From assembly GCF_963921235.1 (NCBI RefSeq), contig NC_086108.1:116438001-116502000 (forward strand): a stretch of DNA of 64,000 bases. The letters run 5' to 3'. The notes beneath the pieces were generated by a model. That model worked only from the letters and a program-made list of their open reading frames with translations. It had not been told where the DNA came from and searched no databases. Position numbers and translations under genes: made by a program. Shown here one piece after another: positions 24,744-35,457 of the stretch (positions within the stretch are counted from its first letter, which is position 1; every line of letters begins with the position of its first letter). The stretch comes from Mobula hypostoma (lineage: Eukaryota).

Positions 24744-26640
24744 GAAGACTATAAGACTGTAAGAGAGGAGCAGAATTAAGCCATTCTGCCCATTGAGTCT
24801 CTCCGCCATTCCAATATGGCTGATCCCAGATTCCACTCAACCCCCTACACCTGCCTTTTCAGCAAACCCTTTGATGGCCTGATCGATCAGGAAATGACCA
24901 ACCCATGGGTAAATATATCCAGGGACTTGGCCTCCACCACAGTCTGTGGCAGAGCATTCCACAGATTCACCACTCTCTGGTGAAAAATAGATCCTCCTTA
25001 CCTCTGTTCTAAAAGATCGCCCCTCAATTTTGAGACTGTGTCCTCTAGTTTTGGATACCCCCACCATAGGAAACATCTTCTCCACATCCACCCTACCTAA
25101 TCCTTTCAACATTCAGTAGATTTCAATGAGATGAGATCCCCACACATTCTTCCAAGTTCCAGTGAGTACAGGCCCAAAGCTGTCAAAGACTCCTCATATG
25201 TTAACCCCTTCATTCCCAGAATCATCCTCATGAACCTCCTCTGGACTCTGTCCGATAACAACACATCACTTCTGAAACATTGGGCCCAAAACCGTTAACA
25301 ATATTCTAAGTGCGGCCTGACTAGTGTCTCAGAAAGGTTTAGAACTAGCTTCTTGAATTATCCAAATCATTGACAAACAATGTTAAAAGGAGCAGTCCCA
25401 ATACTGACCCTTGAGGAACACCACTAGTCACTGGCAGCCAACCAGAAAAGGCCCCCTTTATTCTCAATTTGCCTTCTGCCAGTCAGCCATTCCACTATCC
25501 ATGCCAGTATCTTTCCTGTAACGCCATAGGATTTTATCTTGTTAAGCAGCCTCATGTGTGCCACCTTATCAAATGCCTTCTGAAAATCCAAGTAAATGAC
25601 ATTCACTCTCTCTCCTTTGTCCACCCTGCTTGTTACTTTCTTGAAGAACTCTAACAGATTTGTCAGGCAAGATTTCCCTTTACAGAAACCATGTTGATTT
25701 TGACTTATTTTATCATTAGCCTCCAAATATCTTGAAACCTCATTCTTAATAACAGACTCCAACACATCCCCAGCCACTGAGATTAGCCTAACTGACCTAT
25801 AATTTCCATTCCTTTGCCTTTCTCCCTTCTTAAAGAGTGGAGTGACATGTGCAATTTTCCATGTCAGAATCAAGTGATTCTTGAAAGACCATGAACAATG
25901 CATCTGTTACCTCTCTCAGAACTCTGGGATGTAGTCCATATGGCCCAGGTGACTTATCCACCTTAGGACCTCTGGCACTTTTTCCTTTATAATAGCAATG
26001 GCATCACTCCTGCTCCCTGACACTCATGGACATCTGGTACAATGCTAGTCTCTTCCACAGTGAAGACAGATATAAAGTACCAATTAAGTTCATCTTCCAT
26101 TTCTTTGTCCCCCATTACTACCTCACTAGTATCTTTTTCCAGTGGTCCAATATCAACTCTCACCTCCCTTTTCACACTTTATATAACTGAGAAAACGTTT
26201 GGTATCCTGTTTTATATTATTGGCTAGTCTGCCATCATATTTCATCTTTTCCCTTCTTATAGATGTTTAGTTGCCCTTCAGAAGTTTCTCAGTCATCCTT
26301 CCCATTCACTTTTGCTACCTTATATGCCCTTTCTTTGGCTTTTATGCAGTCCGTAACTTACCTTGTCAGCAGCAGTTGCCCACCCCTGCCATTTGAGAAC
26401 TTCTTCCTCTGTGGGACATATCTATCTTGTGCCTTGTGAACTATTCCCAGAAACTTCAGCCATCTCTGCTCTGCCATCATCCCTGTCAGCATCCTCCTCC
26501 AATCCACCTGGGCAAGCTCCTCTCTCATGCCTCTGTAGTTCCTTTTATTCCACTGTGATACGGATACATGTGAGATATGCTTCTCCCTCTCAAATTGCAG
26601 TATGAATTCAATCATATTATGATCACTGCCTTCTAAGGAG
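24744..26640 (-). mobile_element. CR1 LINE, truncated and internally deleted
   Basis: ORFs 25424..25903, 25987..26175 and 26358..26615 are ORF2 pieces. Confidence 0.9.
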
Positions 26641-27054
26641 GAATCCCTTCACCCTTTCTACATCCCCTCCCTCCACCCTCTAAACACACCCTCCTGAACA
26701 GTCTTTCCCTCCCCCATCCACCCTCTCAATACTCTTTCCCTGTACCACTGGTGCACCGTGGCTAAATTGTGCACCACCTACAACATGCAGCGTGATTCCT
26801 CACCCAGATTTCTCTGACAGCACCTCTGAAACCTGCCCCTATAAGACCATAAGACATAGGAGCAGAATTAGCTCCAACTTATGTGCACATTTGGACTGGG
26901 CTAACTGCGATGGGCGCTTTCTATTATTTTTCTTTTCTTTTTCCTACTAACAGTTCAATAAAGCTGACGTTTATAAATATACCATATTTATAATTGTACG
27001 CAGTGTACAATCTGTTATTTCTTTCCGACAGCTAATTGCATGGGGGCAGTCTGA

Positions 27055-27235
27055 GTGTGAGGCCTCCGTCGATCGGGGTCGACCATGGATGTCACGTCCG
27101 AGCTGTCCAGATTTGCAAGCCTGGGAAGTCCAATACGGAGAGCAAGCTGTTGCCCGTGCAGCGGGCTCCCCCTCTCCAAGCATCTGATGAACCCAAAGGA
27201 ACAGCAGGGACCGATACAGTTTGGTAGCAGCAGTA
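27055..27235 (-). mobile_element. 3' part of a SINE related to 34586-34904
   Basis: Reverse complement shares CCAA.CTGTAT, GGAGAGGGG, GGGCAAC, CCCAGGC and ATCCATGGTC in the same order. Confidence 0.65.
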
Positions 27236-27509
27236 TTTACACAGTGTTCGCACAGATTGAGATTTGGTTGGCTGAGATGCCCCAACTTCCTGGTTTTGGT
27301 GGAAGCCAAGTCATACTGACTCTGGATGTATGGAGTTTAGAAATGTGGTTTTCTCCCTGCTGAGTCCAGTGGCTGTTAGCGAGGGGCTAATGAGCCCCAT
27401 CACTAGAGATGCCAGGTAAAAGGGGCTGTATATATATTGTAGATATATAGGCAGATGGACAGATAGATAAATAAATGGATAGATGCAAGATTAGATGACA
27501 TTGAAAGTA

Positions 27510-28540
27510 TGAGTCGTTGCGCTCTTGAATGAGAGTTCTTTAAAGAAACTCGTCATCATCTCTGTTCTGAAAGGACATCTCTTTGTTCTGAGGCTGTGCA
27601 CCCTGGTCCTCATCTCCATCACTATAGGGAATATCCTCTTCACATCCACTCTATCTCGGCCTTTCAACATTGGATAGGTTTTAATGAGATCACCGCTCAG
27701 TTTTTTTCTAAATTCCAGTGAGTACAGGCCTAAAACCATCAAATGCTCTTCAAACGATAACTCTATCATTCCCAAAATCACTCTTGTGAGCATACTCTGA
27801 ACTCTCTCACATGTCATTGCACATCTTTTTTCTTTAGATAAGGGACCCGAAACTGCTCACAATACTCCAATTGAGGCTTAAAGCCTCAGCATTACATCCT
27901 TGCTTTTATATTCTAGTCCTCTTGAAATGAATGCTAACATTGCATTTGGCTTGCTCACCACTGATTTAATCTGCAAATCAACCTTTAGGGAATCCTGCAC
28001 AAGGACTTCAAGTCTCTTTGCACCTTGGACTTTTGAATTTTCTGCCCATTTCAAAAATAGTCTACACTTTTATTCCTTCAACCAAAGTGCAATACCATAC
28101 ACTTCCCGACACGATATTTCCTCTGCCACCACTTTGTCCACTCTCTTAATCTGTCTAAGTCCTTCTGCTGACTTCCTGCTTCCTCAACATCATCTGCCAC
28201 TCCACCTATTTTCCTATCACCTGTAAACTTGGTCACAAAGCCATCAACTCCATTATTGATATGCAACGTTGAAAGAATTGGTCCCAACTCAGACCCCTGT
28301 GGAACATAACTAGTCACCAGGAAACCAGAAAAACCCTCCTTTATTTCAACTCCTGCTTCCTGCCTGTCAGCCAATCTTCTACCCACGTTAGTACTTATCC
28401 TGTAATACCATGGGGTCTGATCTTGCTAAGTAGCCTCATTTCCGACACCTGTCAAGGGCCTTCTGAAAATCTAAGTAGACAACATCCAGCATTCCCCTCT
28501 GTCTATCCTGCTTGTTATTTCCTCAAAGAATTCCAAAAGA
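27510..28540 (-). mobile_element. Old CR1 RT fragment
   Basis: ORFs 27491..27817 and 28078..28386: VPQGSELGP, GLYSLEFR. Confidence 0.85.
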
Positions 28541-30199
28541 TTCAGTGTGCAGACGCTAGAAGGTTGAACACTAACTCCCACAACAGCTCCTGTACTCCCC
28601 GAGGGATCACAGGTCAAAGGCGACGGGCAGGGTGACAAACTGCACTTTGCCAGAATGCAGATGGTGTCCTGGGGACAGTGGGTCCGGCAGTAATTAGCAA
28701 GTGGCGGACTATGGAAGGGCGCAGGGCGCAGGGAGCAGGGAGAAGATCTCACTGCCTCCATCGCAGGCCGAGCAGACAGGAACATCAATATAAGGTCATC
28801 AGACTGCCAGTTCCTCTGACAGCAGCTCCCCGGAGACTCGGCCACTCACTGACAGCTTTGTACTGCACTGCCAACAACTCACAGACGCCAAGAAGATTAT
28901 CACCCCCTGCCGCTCGCCCGCCTCATTCAACAGACGATTCACACACTCCACTTCCAGTCAGAGAAACACAGCACTCGAACCATTTGTGTGTCTGTGTGTG
29001 TGGGTGGAGGGGGAAAGTTGTCGGGGGGTGGAGGAGACTGCCGACGTTTCGGAGCGAAACCCCACATCGGAAACTTCTCGGGAATCTGCCTCCCGCACCC
29101 TGGTTCAATCTCTCCATGCCATCGTCTCGCCTCAGTGTCCCGGCCCGAGGAGAGGGACAGGAAAATTCGCACCGCGCTCTCCATTCGCCTCTGGGATAAA
29201 GACAGGATTCCCATAGCACGCCACGAACTCAGCTTCCTTTGCTCCTCTGTCACTGGGTGCCCCAGGGCTACAGCGGGTAGAACGGCTGCCTACGGGCTCT
29301 AGAGACCCGTGTTCAACCCCACCCTCCGGTTCAAGATCTCCCCGGGACTGCGTGCTCACTGAAGGAGTCGCTTCGTTCCAGTGGTTGTGTGAGTGGTGGG
29401 TAACTGGGAGGTTTCGCCGCCAGGAAAGGGGCTTCTGCGATTGGGCGAATGCTTCGGGTGTACACGTTTCCCGAAGACATTTAAGCAGCCAACAGAATCA
29501 AAGACCCCACCCAACCCGGAAGATGCAAAAGCCTGAAAGCACAAGGCTCAGGACAGCTTCTACCGCGCGGTTTTACAATTGAACGAATGCCGAGTGAGAT
29601 ACACTCGACCCGAGACGACGTTGAGATTGCACTGTATTGCCCAGCCGCACGGCACTCGCTCTGTAACTGTTCACTCCGCTGCTGCCTTCTCTTGTTCCAC
29701 CTCAACATACTGTGTGATGAGATGATTTCCGCTTTAGATTTCCAGCATCCTGAAATGATCTGTCTGGATGGCATGCAAAACGAAATTTTCCACTGTACTC
29801 GTCACAAAAATAACCCCATTTACCAATTTATGCGGGGTGAGTTAATTGGCTATTTGGTGAGGGGAATATGGAGAGATTAAAGTGGGTGTTGTTTGGGGTA
29901 CAATTATACAGTTTCTGCCTGTATGCACATCCGGTAGTGCGCGCCGGCCGCAGTTAACGTGCAGATCCGAAAGTTCGTCACAGGATGGGGCCGCCGTCTC
30001 CAGCGCTTGGGAAACCACGCGCTCTCAGCTTCGCCTTCGATCAGCAGGGGCCCCGGGAGTGTGATAATGTCTATTAATATTGGTAGCAGTAAACAAAAAA
30101 ACTCAGATTTTCTCGAAAGCGATCACAGCAAAACTCCTGTGCCTTCCCCCTTGGAACCGAGCTTTTCAACGCCCGCACGACGCGCCATTTCTTCGGTGT

Positions 30200-30925
30200 G
30201 AAGTGGAGCTTCGAAGAACCGTGTGGCAAGGCATGTCCGAGCCAAATCGAAGCGCTAGGGCCTAAGCCCGAGAATGGGGAAGAGCCAATGTTTGGTCATT
30301 ACTGGAGCAGCTTGGAGCCAATTCGAAGTGGCGGAACTAAGATGAGGCGAGCCGGGGCACGGCAGAATTGAGGCAGCCGGTCCCAAGTCCATGACAGAGG
30401 AACAAGTTCATGTTTGAGCCGGGCTAGATTGGAAAGGTCGGGTATGGGGCGAATCGAGCCGGTGGATCTCGGGCCCAAGAGCGTATCGAAGGGCAGGCCC
30501 TGTCTCCGAGAAAGAGGACCGACCATCTGTTTGGCCGATCTAAGTGCTGAGCCGGATTGGAAAGGGCAGGGTGTTGGGGCCGGGCCGGTGTGCAGCCCGC
30601 TCTGCACATGGTTTACTGATCTCAGCGCGGAACTGAGGCTGTGACTGCAACTACAGCGATGACTGGCGTCGTCAGGACGAGGGGTCTCGCCCTGAAACCT
30701 CGACCCTGCTTCTGCCTATGGATGCTGTCTGGCCTGCTGCGTTCCACCAGCATTTTGTGTGTGTCACTTTTGTGAACTTCAGTCCTGAATGTTATTTGAT
30801 TACTTTTATTGTTTGCAAGATTTCTTTTTGTCCCGCATATTGAGCATTTGACGTTCTTTTTAAAATGGGTTTTATTAGGTTTCTTTGGTTTGTGGCTGCC
30901 TGTAAGGCGATGAATCTCAGGAATG
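30200..30925 (+). mobile_element. Non-autonomous element with a Rex1-like tail, carrying a Penelope pLTR piece (about 30670-30765)
   Basis: Tail TGCCTGTAAGGCGATGAATCTCAGG resembles 45135-45160; insert ATGCTGTCTGGCCTGCTGCGTTCCACCAGCATTTTGTG. Confidence 0.55.
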
Positions 30926-30984
30926 GAGATAATATACCATAAGACCATAAGACATAGGAGCAGATTTAAGCGATCTGACATCTG

Positions 30985-31935
30985 ACTCAACACTAAGTGT
31001 GGTCTCATTGCAGCAGTAGAGGAGGCCATGGACTGACAGGTCAGGATGGGAATGTGAAGTGGAATTAAAATGGGTGGCCACTGGGAGATGGCGGACGGAG
31101 TTTAGGAGCTCAGCGAAGCGGTCTCCCAATCTGCTGCAGGTCGAGTCTCACTGATACACTAGAGGCCACACCGCGAGCACCGGACGCAGTATATCACCCC
31201 AACACACTCACAGGTAAAGTGTCGCCTCACCTGGAAGGACTGTTTGGGGCCTGAGTGGTAGTGAGGGAGGAGGAGGAAGGAGTAGGGGCAGGTGTAGTAC
31301 TTCTCCGCTTGCAAGGATAAATGCCAGGAGTGGGATCATTGGGGAGGGAAGAATGGACAACGGAGTTGCGAAGGGAGCGATCACTGTGGAAAGCAGAAAT
31401 CTGGGGGGGGGGGGAGGAGGAAATGTGCGGTGGTGGGATCCTGCTGAAGATGGCAGAAGTTATGGAGAATTGGGTACTGGTTGCGAGACTGGTCTGGCGG
31501 TAGGGATAGGAGACCAGGGAACCCTCTGCCTGGTAGGGTGGCAGGAGGATGGGGTGAGGGCAGACGTGCGCAAAATGGCAGAGATACAGTTGAGGGCAGG
31601 TTTGATGGTGGAGGAAGAGAAGCCCCTTTCTTTAAAAAAGGCGAACATCCCCTTCGTCTGGAATGAAAAACCTCATCCTGAGAGCAGATTGCGCAGAGAC
31701 GGAGGAATTGATAGAAGGAGATGGCGGTTTTACAAGTAATGGGGTGGGAGGAGATGTAGTCCAGGTAGCCGTGAGAGTCCGTGGGTTTTTAATAGATATC
31801 AGTAGATAAGCTGTGTCCAGAGATAGAGACGGAGAGATTGAGAAAGGGGAGGGAGGTGTCGGAAATGGACCAGGTAAACTTGAGGACGGGGTGGAAGTTG
31901 GAACAAAGTTGATGACGTCGACGAGCTCCTCATGG
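30985..31935 (-). mobile_element. Penelope-like retroelement fragment (RT C-terminus and GIY-YIG endonuclease)
   Basis: GDRFAELLNSVRHLPVATHFNSTSHSH..SVHGLLYC and FFKERGF.SSTI..AL; fragmentary frames. Confidence 0.85.
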
Positions 31936-31964
31936 GCGCCGGAAGCGGCGCCATTGCGGCGAAA

Positions 31965-32200
31965 TGTGAAAAGTTTAAGGCAAACGCAGGGGGGAACTTC
32001 TTCACTCAGAGGGTCCTGAGAGTGTGGAACAAACTGCCAAGCAAGCTCGATTTCAATGTTTAAGAGATGTTTTGGATAGGTACATAGATGGTCGGGGTAT
32101 AAAGGGCTGTGGTGCCAGTGCGGGTCAATGGGAGTAGGCATTTTAAATGGTTTCAGCAGGGATTAGATGGGCCGAAGAGCCTGTTTCTGTGCTGTACTTG
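31965..32200 (+). mobile_element. CR1 3' end
   Basis: GGGAACTTCTTCACTCAGAGGG...GATGGGCCGAAGAGCCTGTTTCTGTGCTGTA. Confidence 0.8.
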
Positions 32201-32558
32201 TCACTTGTGCTGGCTGTGCTATTACTTGTTCGATTGCACCACCTTTTTAAACCTATTTAATGTCCTTTCTAAACATGTTTTATGATCACAAAATCGTGCT
32301 AGACATTAAGAGTTTAAAGCACTGCGGGTCGACCTGCTCGTTGGCGGGGGAACTGAAGGGGCTGAACCTGATGCAGGTTGTGCTGCGGTTTGCATCAGAA
32401 AGGCTCAGAGAGTCGGCGTGCAAAGGAGGAGTGGAGTCCAATAGAGTGACTGCCTCAGTCACTTTTCTTGTGATTGCAAGACCCTTCTGGATGTTTTTAA
32501 TGTGGAATGCTGCAAATTTGATTGACCGGTTTATTGGCAGCAGTCGGTAGGATGCTGC

Positions 32559-32679
32559 ATGGCCTCGGTCATTGCAAGGACCGGGCCTCACGCCGTGGTC
32601 GCGCCTGTTTACGGCCACCAGCAGAGAGACGTTGCAGCTGCTGCTGCACTCCACCGGGGCGGTGTCCAGGCCGCAGTCG
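32559..32679 (+). CDS. Speculative first coding exon of an unidentified gene (MASVIARTGPHAVVAP...)
   Basis: ATGG downstream of CCAAT boxes in a CpG-rich island; weak donor TCG|GTGTGG in phase 1, compatible with the next exon. Confidence 0.2.
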
Positions 32680-32939
32680 GTGTGGCCAAAATAGGAAATA
32701 GGAGTGTGTGTTACATGCACTGTGTTGTGCACCTTGGTCCTGCGGGACGTTATTTTGGCGGGATACATGTGTAACGTTGAATGACGAAGAACTTGAATTT
32801 CAACTTGTTCTAAATTCTGCAGCGATGTTTTCTGAAGAAATCTTTCACTTCTAAGAGCTGAGGTGTTCTGTGTAACATTCACGGCTCGTTACAACTCCCC
32901 CCCCCCAACACACACCCCACACACCTTACCCTTCCTCAG

Positions 32940-33310
32940 TCCCAGCCCAGGGGGAAATTGGACATCCCATCCCTCACTCTGGTATGTGGGGGGGGGGTGG
33001 TAGGGTGGGAACTGGATACACTCCCATTCACTCTCAGTACGGGGGGGGGGGGTGAATTAACTGGACTCCCGCTCCCTCACTTCGGTACGTGGAGGGGGGA
33101 ATAACTGGATATACTCTCCTTCACTCTCAGTACGGGGGGGGGGGGAAGAGAGTGTAACTGGACACCCGCTCCCTCTATTCAGTTCGTGGAGGAGGATTGG
33201 TAACAGGGTAAACCCTCCTTCACTCCCAGTCCGGGGGGGGGTAACCCACTCCCTCACTCCGATACAAGGGTAAACTTGACACCTGCTCACTTCTACCCGA
33301 CATCTGGATA
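32940..33310 (+). repeat. Degenerate minisatellite AACTGGACAC...CCCTCACTC..GTACG(G)n
   Basis: About 7 visible AACTGGA/G-run units of variable length. Confidence 0.75.
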
Positions 33311-33373
33311 CATTCCAAGGAGGGGGGCGCCGCGGTGTGTAGCGAGTGACCCCCCCCCCCGGCAACCCTCCAG

Positions 33374-33517
33374 AGAGGATCTGTATCCTAACAAGGAACT
33401 GCAGAGGCTATTCGGCCAAACATGACCATGCTGGCCCTATGGACGGGCATCTCCCAACCCGTGCGGGCACTTTCCCAGTTGCCGAGCGGCGTTTCCGACG
33501 GGGAGAACGTTCATCCG
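33374..33517 (+). CDS. Candidate internal exon (144 nt, phase 1-1): RICILTRNCRGY...AERRFRRGERSS
   Basis: Acceptor CCCTCCAG, strong donor CCG|GTGAGC, open frame. Confidence 0.45.
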
Positions 33518-33589
33518 GTGAGCCCCGTCTTTCCATTGGGTCCTGGGTGTGATGAACGAGCTGTTTCGGGCGGTGTCCTCATCCTACAC

Positions 33590-33822
33590 TCGGAGCTGAT
33601 GTTTGAGGCCCCCACCCCCCACACTTCGCACTGAAGTGGCCATCGTTCACTCTCGCTGTAATCAGAGCGTCTGCTCACGCACTCTTCCCTCGCCCTGGAT
33701 CTTCCTGTGCTCCTTTTTCTGCCTTTGTTATAACACTGACTACACTTCAAATACATTTCTCTGTGTGTTCAAGGCCTCTGGGACGTCCTGGGCTGGTGCG
33801 AGGTGCTATTGAAATGCAAATC
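33590..33822 (+). mobile_element. Ancient Deu-domain (SacSINE1/AmnSINE-like) SINE relic; a second relic lies on the minus strand at about 10040-10095
   Basis: GGATCTTCCTGTGC...TGACTACACTTCAAA...TGGGACGTCCTG...GGTGCTATTGAAATGCAAAT resembles the DeuSINE 3' region as I recall it. Confidence 0.6.
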
Positions 33823-33850
33823 TCTCTTCTTCTCCTTTCTTGTCTGGCAG

Positions 33851-33943
33851 CTCCTGACTTCGGCAGCGCTCACTCCAACAGACTCTCCGAGATCAAACCC
33901 TCTCGCTCCCCGCCAGTCACTGCGAAATCTCTCTCACTCAAAG
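33851..33943 (+). CDS. Candidate internal exon (93 nt, phase 1-1; alternative donor at 33951): APDFGSAHSNRLSEIKPSRSPPVTAKSLSLK
   Basis: Long polypyrimidine tract and GGCAG acceptor; donors AAG|GTTCTG or GTT|GTGAGT. Confidence 0.45.
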
Positions 33944-34022
33944 GTTCTGTTGTGAGTTTGAGCTCGGAGGATGATAAGGTTCTGTGTAGTCACAGAAACA
34001 AAGCTTTCTCCTCTCTCTGCAG

Positions 34023-34325
34023 GACCCCGACACGCTCAGATTACAGATCACACGCGCCCAGAAATGATGCGGTTTAATACCTCGGTCACGCAGGAAGCCC
34101 AGAGACACAGACTGCTGCCAGAGGTGTTCCAGGCGATGAAATTACCCGAGTACCACAGAAGCGTGGAGTACAGGCGGAGGCGCCAAGCGCACAGGCCCAT
34201 CGCCGGCCCCACCCCTGGCGCTCCCCTCTCGCTCCAGCAGCCTCGGCGATCACCCCGCCCCCCCAGAATTGTGGCGCAGAGCAGGTGGCCCGGGGGAGAG
34301 TTTCTCCAGACAGCGGTTCCATCAG
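34023..34325 (+). CDS. Candidate exon (303 nt, phase 1-1): GPRHAQITDHTRPEMMRF...EFLQTAVPS
   Basis: Canonical acceptor TTTCTCCTCTCTCTGCAG, single open frame, donor CAG|GTTAAG, CpG-rich. Confidence 0.55.
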
Positions 34326-34585
34326 GTTAAGCCTGATATTGTTGGCTGTGAGGGGGTGAAGGCACTGGGGGGTTAGGGGGTGAGGGAGGTTGAGGGCGCT
34401 GAGTTGGGTGAGGGTGGGGATGAGGTCGAATGGGAACCAGGGTGGGGCGTTTCCGGGTATGAGGGCAGTTATGGTGGAGGGTGGGGGTGACTGAGAGTGA
34501 GGGGGTGCAGGGAGGTGGGGTAAAGAGGTAAGCCACTAACGTTGGAATGGGGTGGGGGTTTAGGGGGCTCTCTCAGTTTAGAACT

Positions 34586-34904
34586 GTGAGCACGTGGCCA
34601 AGTGGTTAAGGCATTGGACTAGCGACCTGAAGGTCATGAGTTCGAGCCCCAGCTGAGGGTACGGGCAGTGTCCTTGAGCAAGGCACTTAACCACACATTG
34701 CTCTGCGACGACACCGGTGCCAAGCTGTATGTTTCCTAATGCCCTTCCCTTGGACAACATCGGTGTTGTGGAGAGGGGAGACTTGCAGCATGGGCAACTG
34801 CTGGTCTTCCATAAAACCTTGCCCAGGCCTGCGCCCTGGAGAGTGAAGACTTCCCAGGCGCAGATCCATGGTCTCGCAAGACTAACGGATGCCTTTTATT
34901 TTTA
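34586..34904 (+). mobile_element. Full-length tRNA-derived SINE with 12-bp TSD CAGTTTAGAACT
   Basis: A box TGGCCAAGTGG, B box GAGTTCGAGCC, GTGTCCTTGAGCAAGGCACTTAAC; TSD at 34574-34585 and 34905-34916. Confidence 0.9.
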
Positions 34905-35457
34905 CAGTTTAGAACTTAGCCCTGGACTTGAATCACTGTCGCAGAGATGGCAACGGACCCGATGCTGGGGATTGGGGTTGCTGTTGATGCTTGTTTGATA
35001 GTCAGCATGGACACGTGTTAAAGGCCTGCTTCCTTGACTGCATGAACCTGAAATTGATTTTGTAAATCTATGCTCCAAGTAGCTAGCATTACCAAATAAC
35101 AAATATCTGAGAACATTAAAGGAGGGGCAGGTAATGTTGAGGAAGCAGGAGTCTGCAGAAGAATGTAGACAGATTAGAAGAATGGGCACAGAAGTGGAAG
35201 GTAGAATACGGTCATGCACTTTGATAGAAGGAATAAAGGTGTAGACCTTTCTAAACGGGAGGAAAATTCAGAAATCAGAGGTGCAAAGGGACTTGGATGC
35301 AGGACTCCCTAAAGGTTAATTTGCAGATTGAGTCAGTGGTGAGGAAGGCAAATGTAGTGTGAGTATTCATTCTGAGAGGACTTGAGTATAAACACATAGA
35401 GGAACCTTCATGAACTCCCACAGCCCCAATGACCCTGTGATTTCAGTCTCTGCAGCC

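Larger units (their letters stand above)
14690..26740 (+). repeat. Degenerate 24-bp C-rich satellite (CACCCTCTAAACACTCCCTCCCTC) surviving as blocks 14690-15663, 20106-21820, 24590-24740 and 26640-26740
   Basis: Recurrent CCCTCTAAACAC; 8-aa HPLNTPSL periodicity in ORFs; plus strand nearly G-free. Confidence 0.9.

Noticed and set aside
27256..27415. Exon ending at donor CAG|GTAAAA
   Set aside because: Weak acceptor, a stop in the obvious frame and no partner exon
32286..32882. 198-aa minus-strand ORF
   Set aside because: GTG start, no recognisable motif, and nearby splice signals favour the plus strand
34586..34670. tRNA gene
   Set aside because: tRNA-like head continues into a SINE body and is flanked by a TSD; no terminator after the head
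34895..34990. Exon after acceptor TTTTATTTTTACAG (34907)
   Set aside because: Created by the SINE tail and TSD; an immediate stop follows in the phase required by the upstream exon
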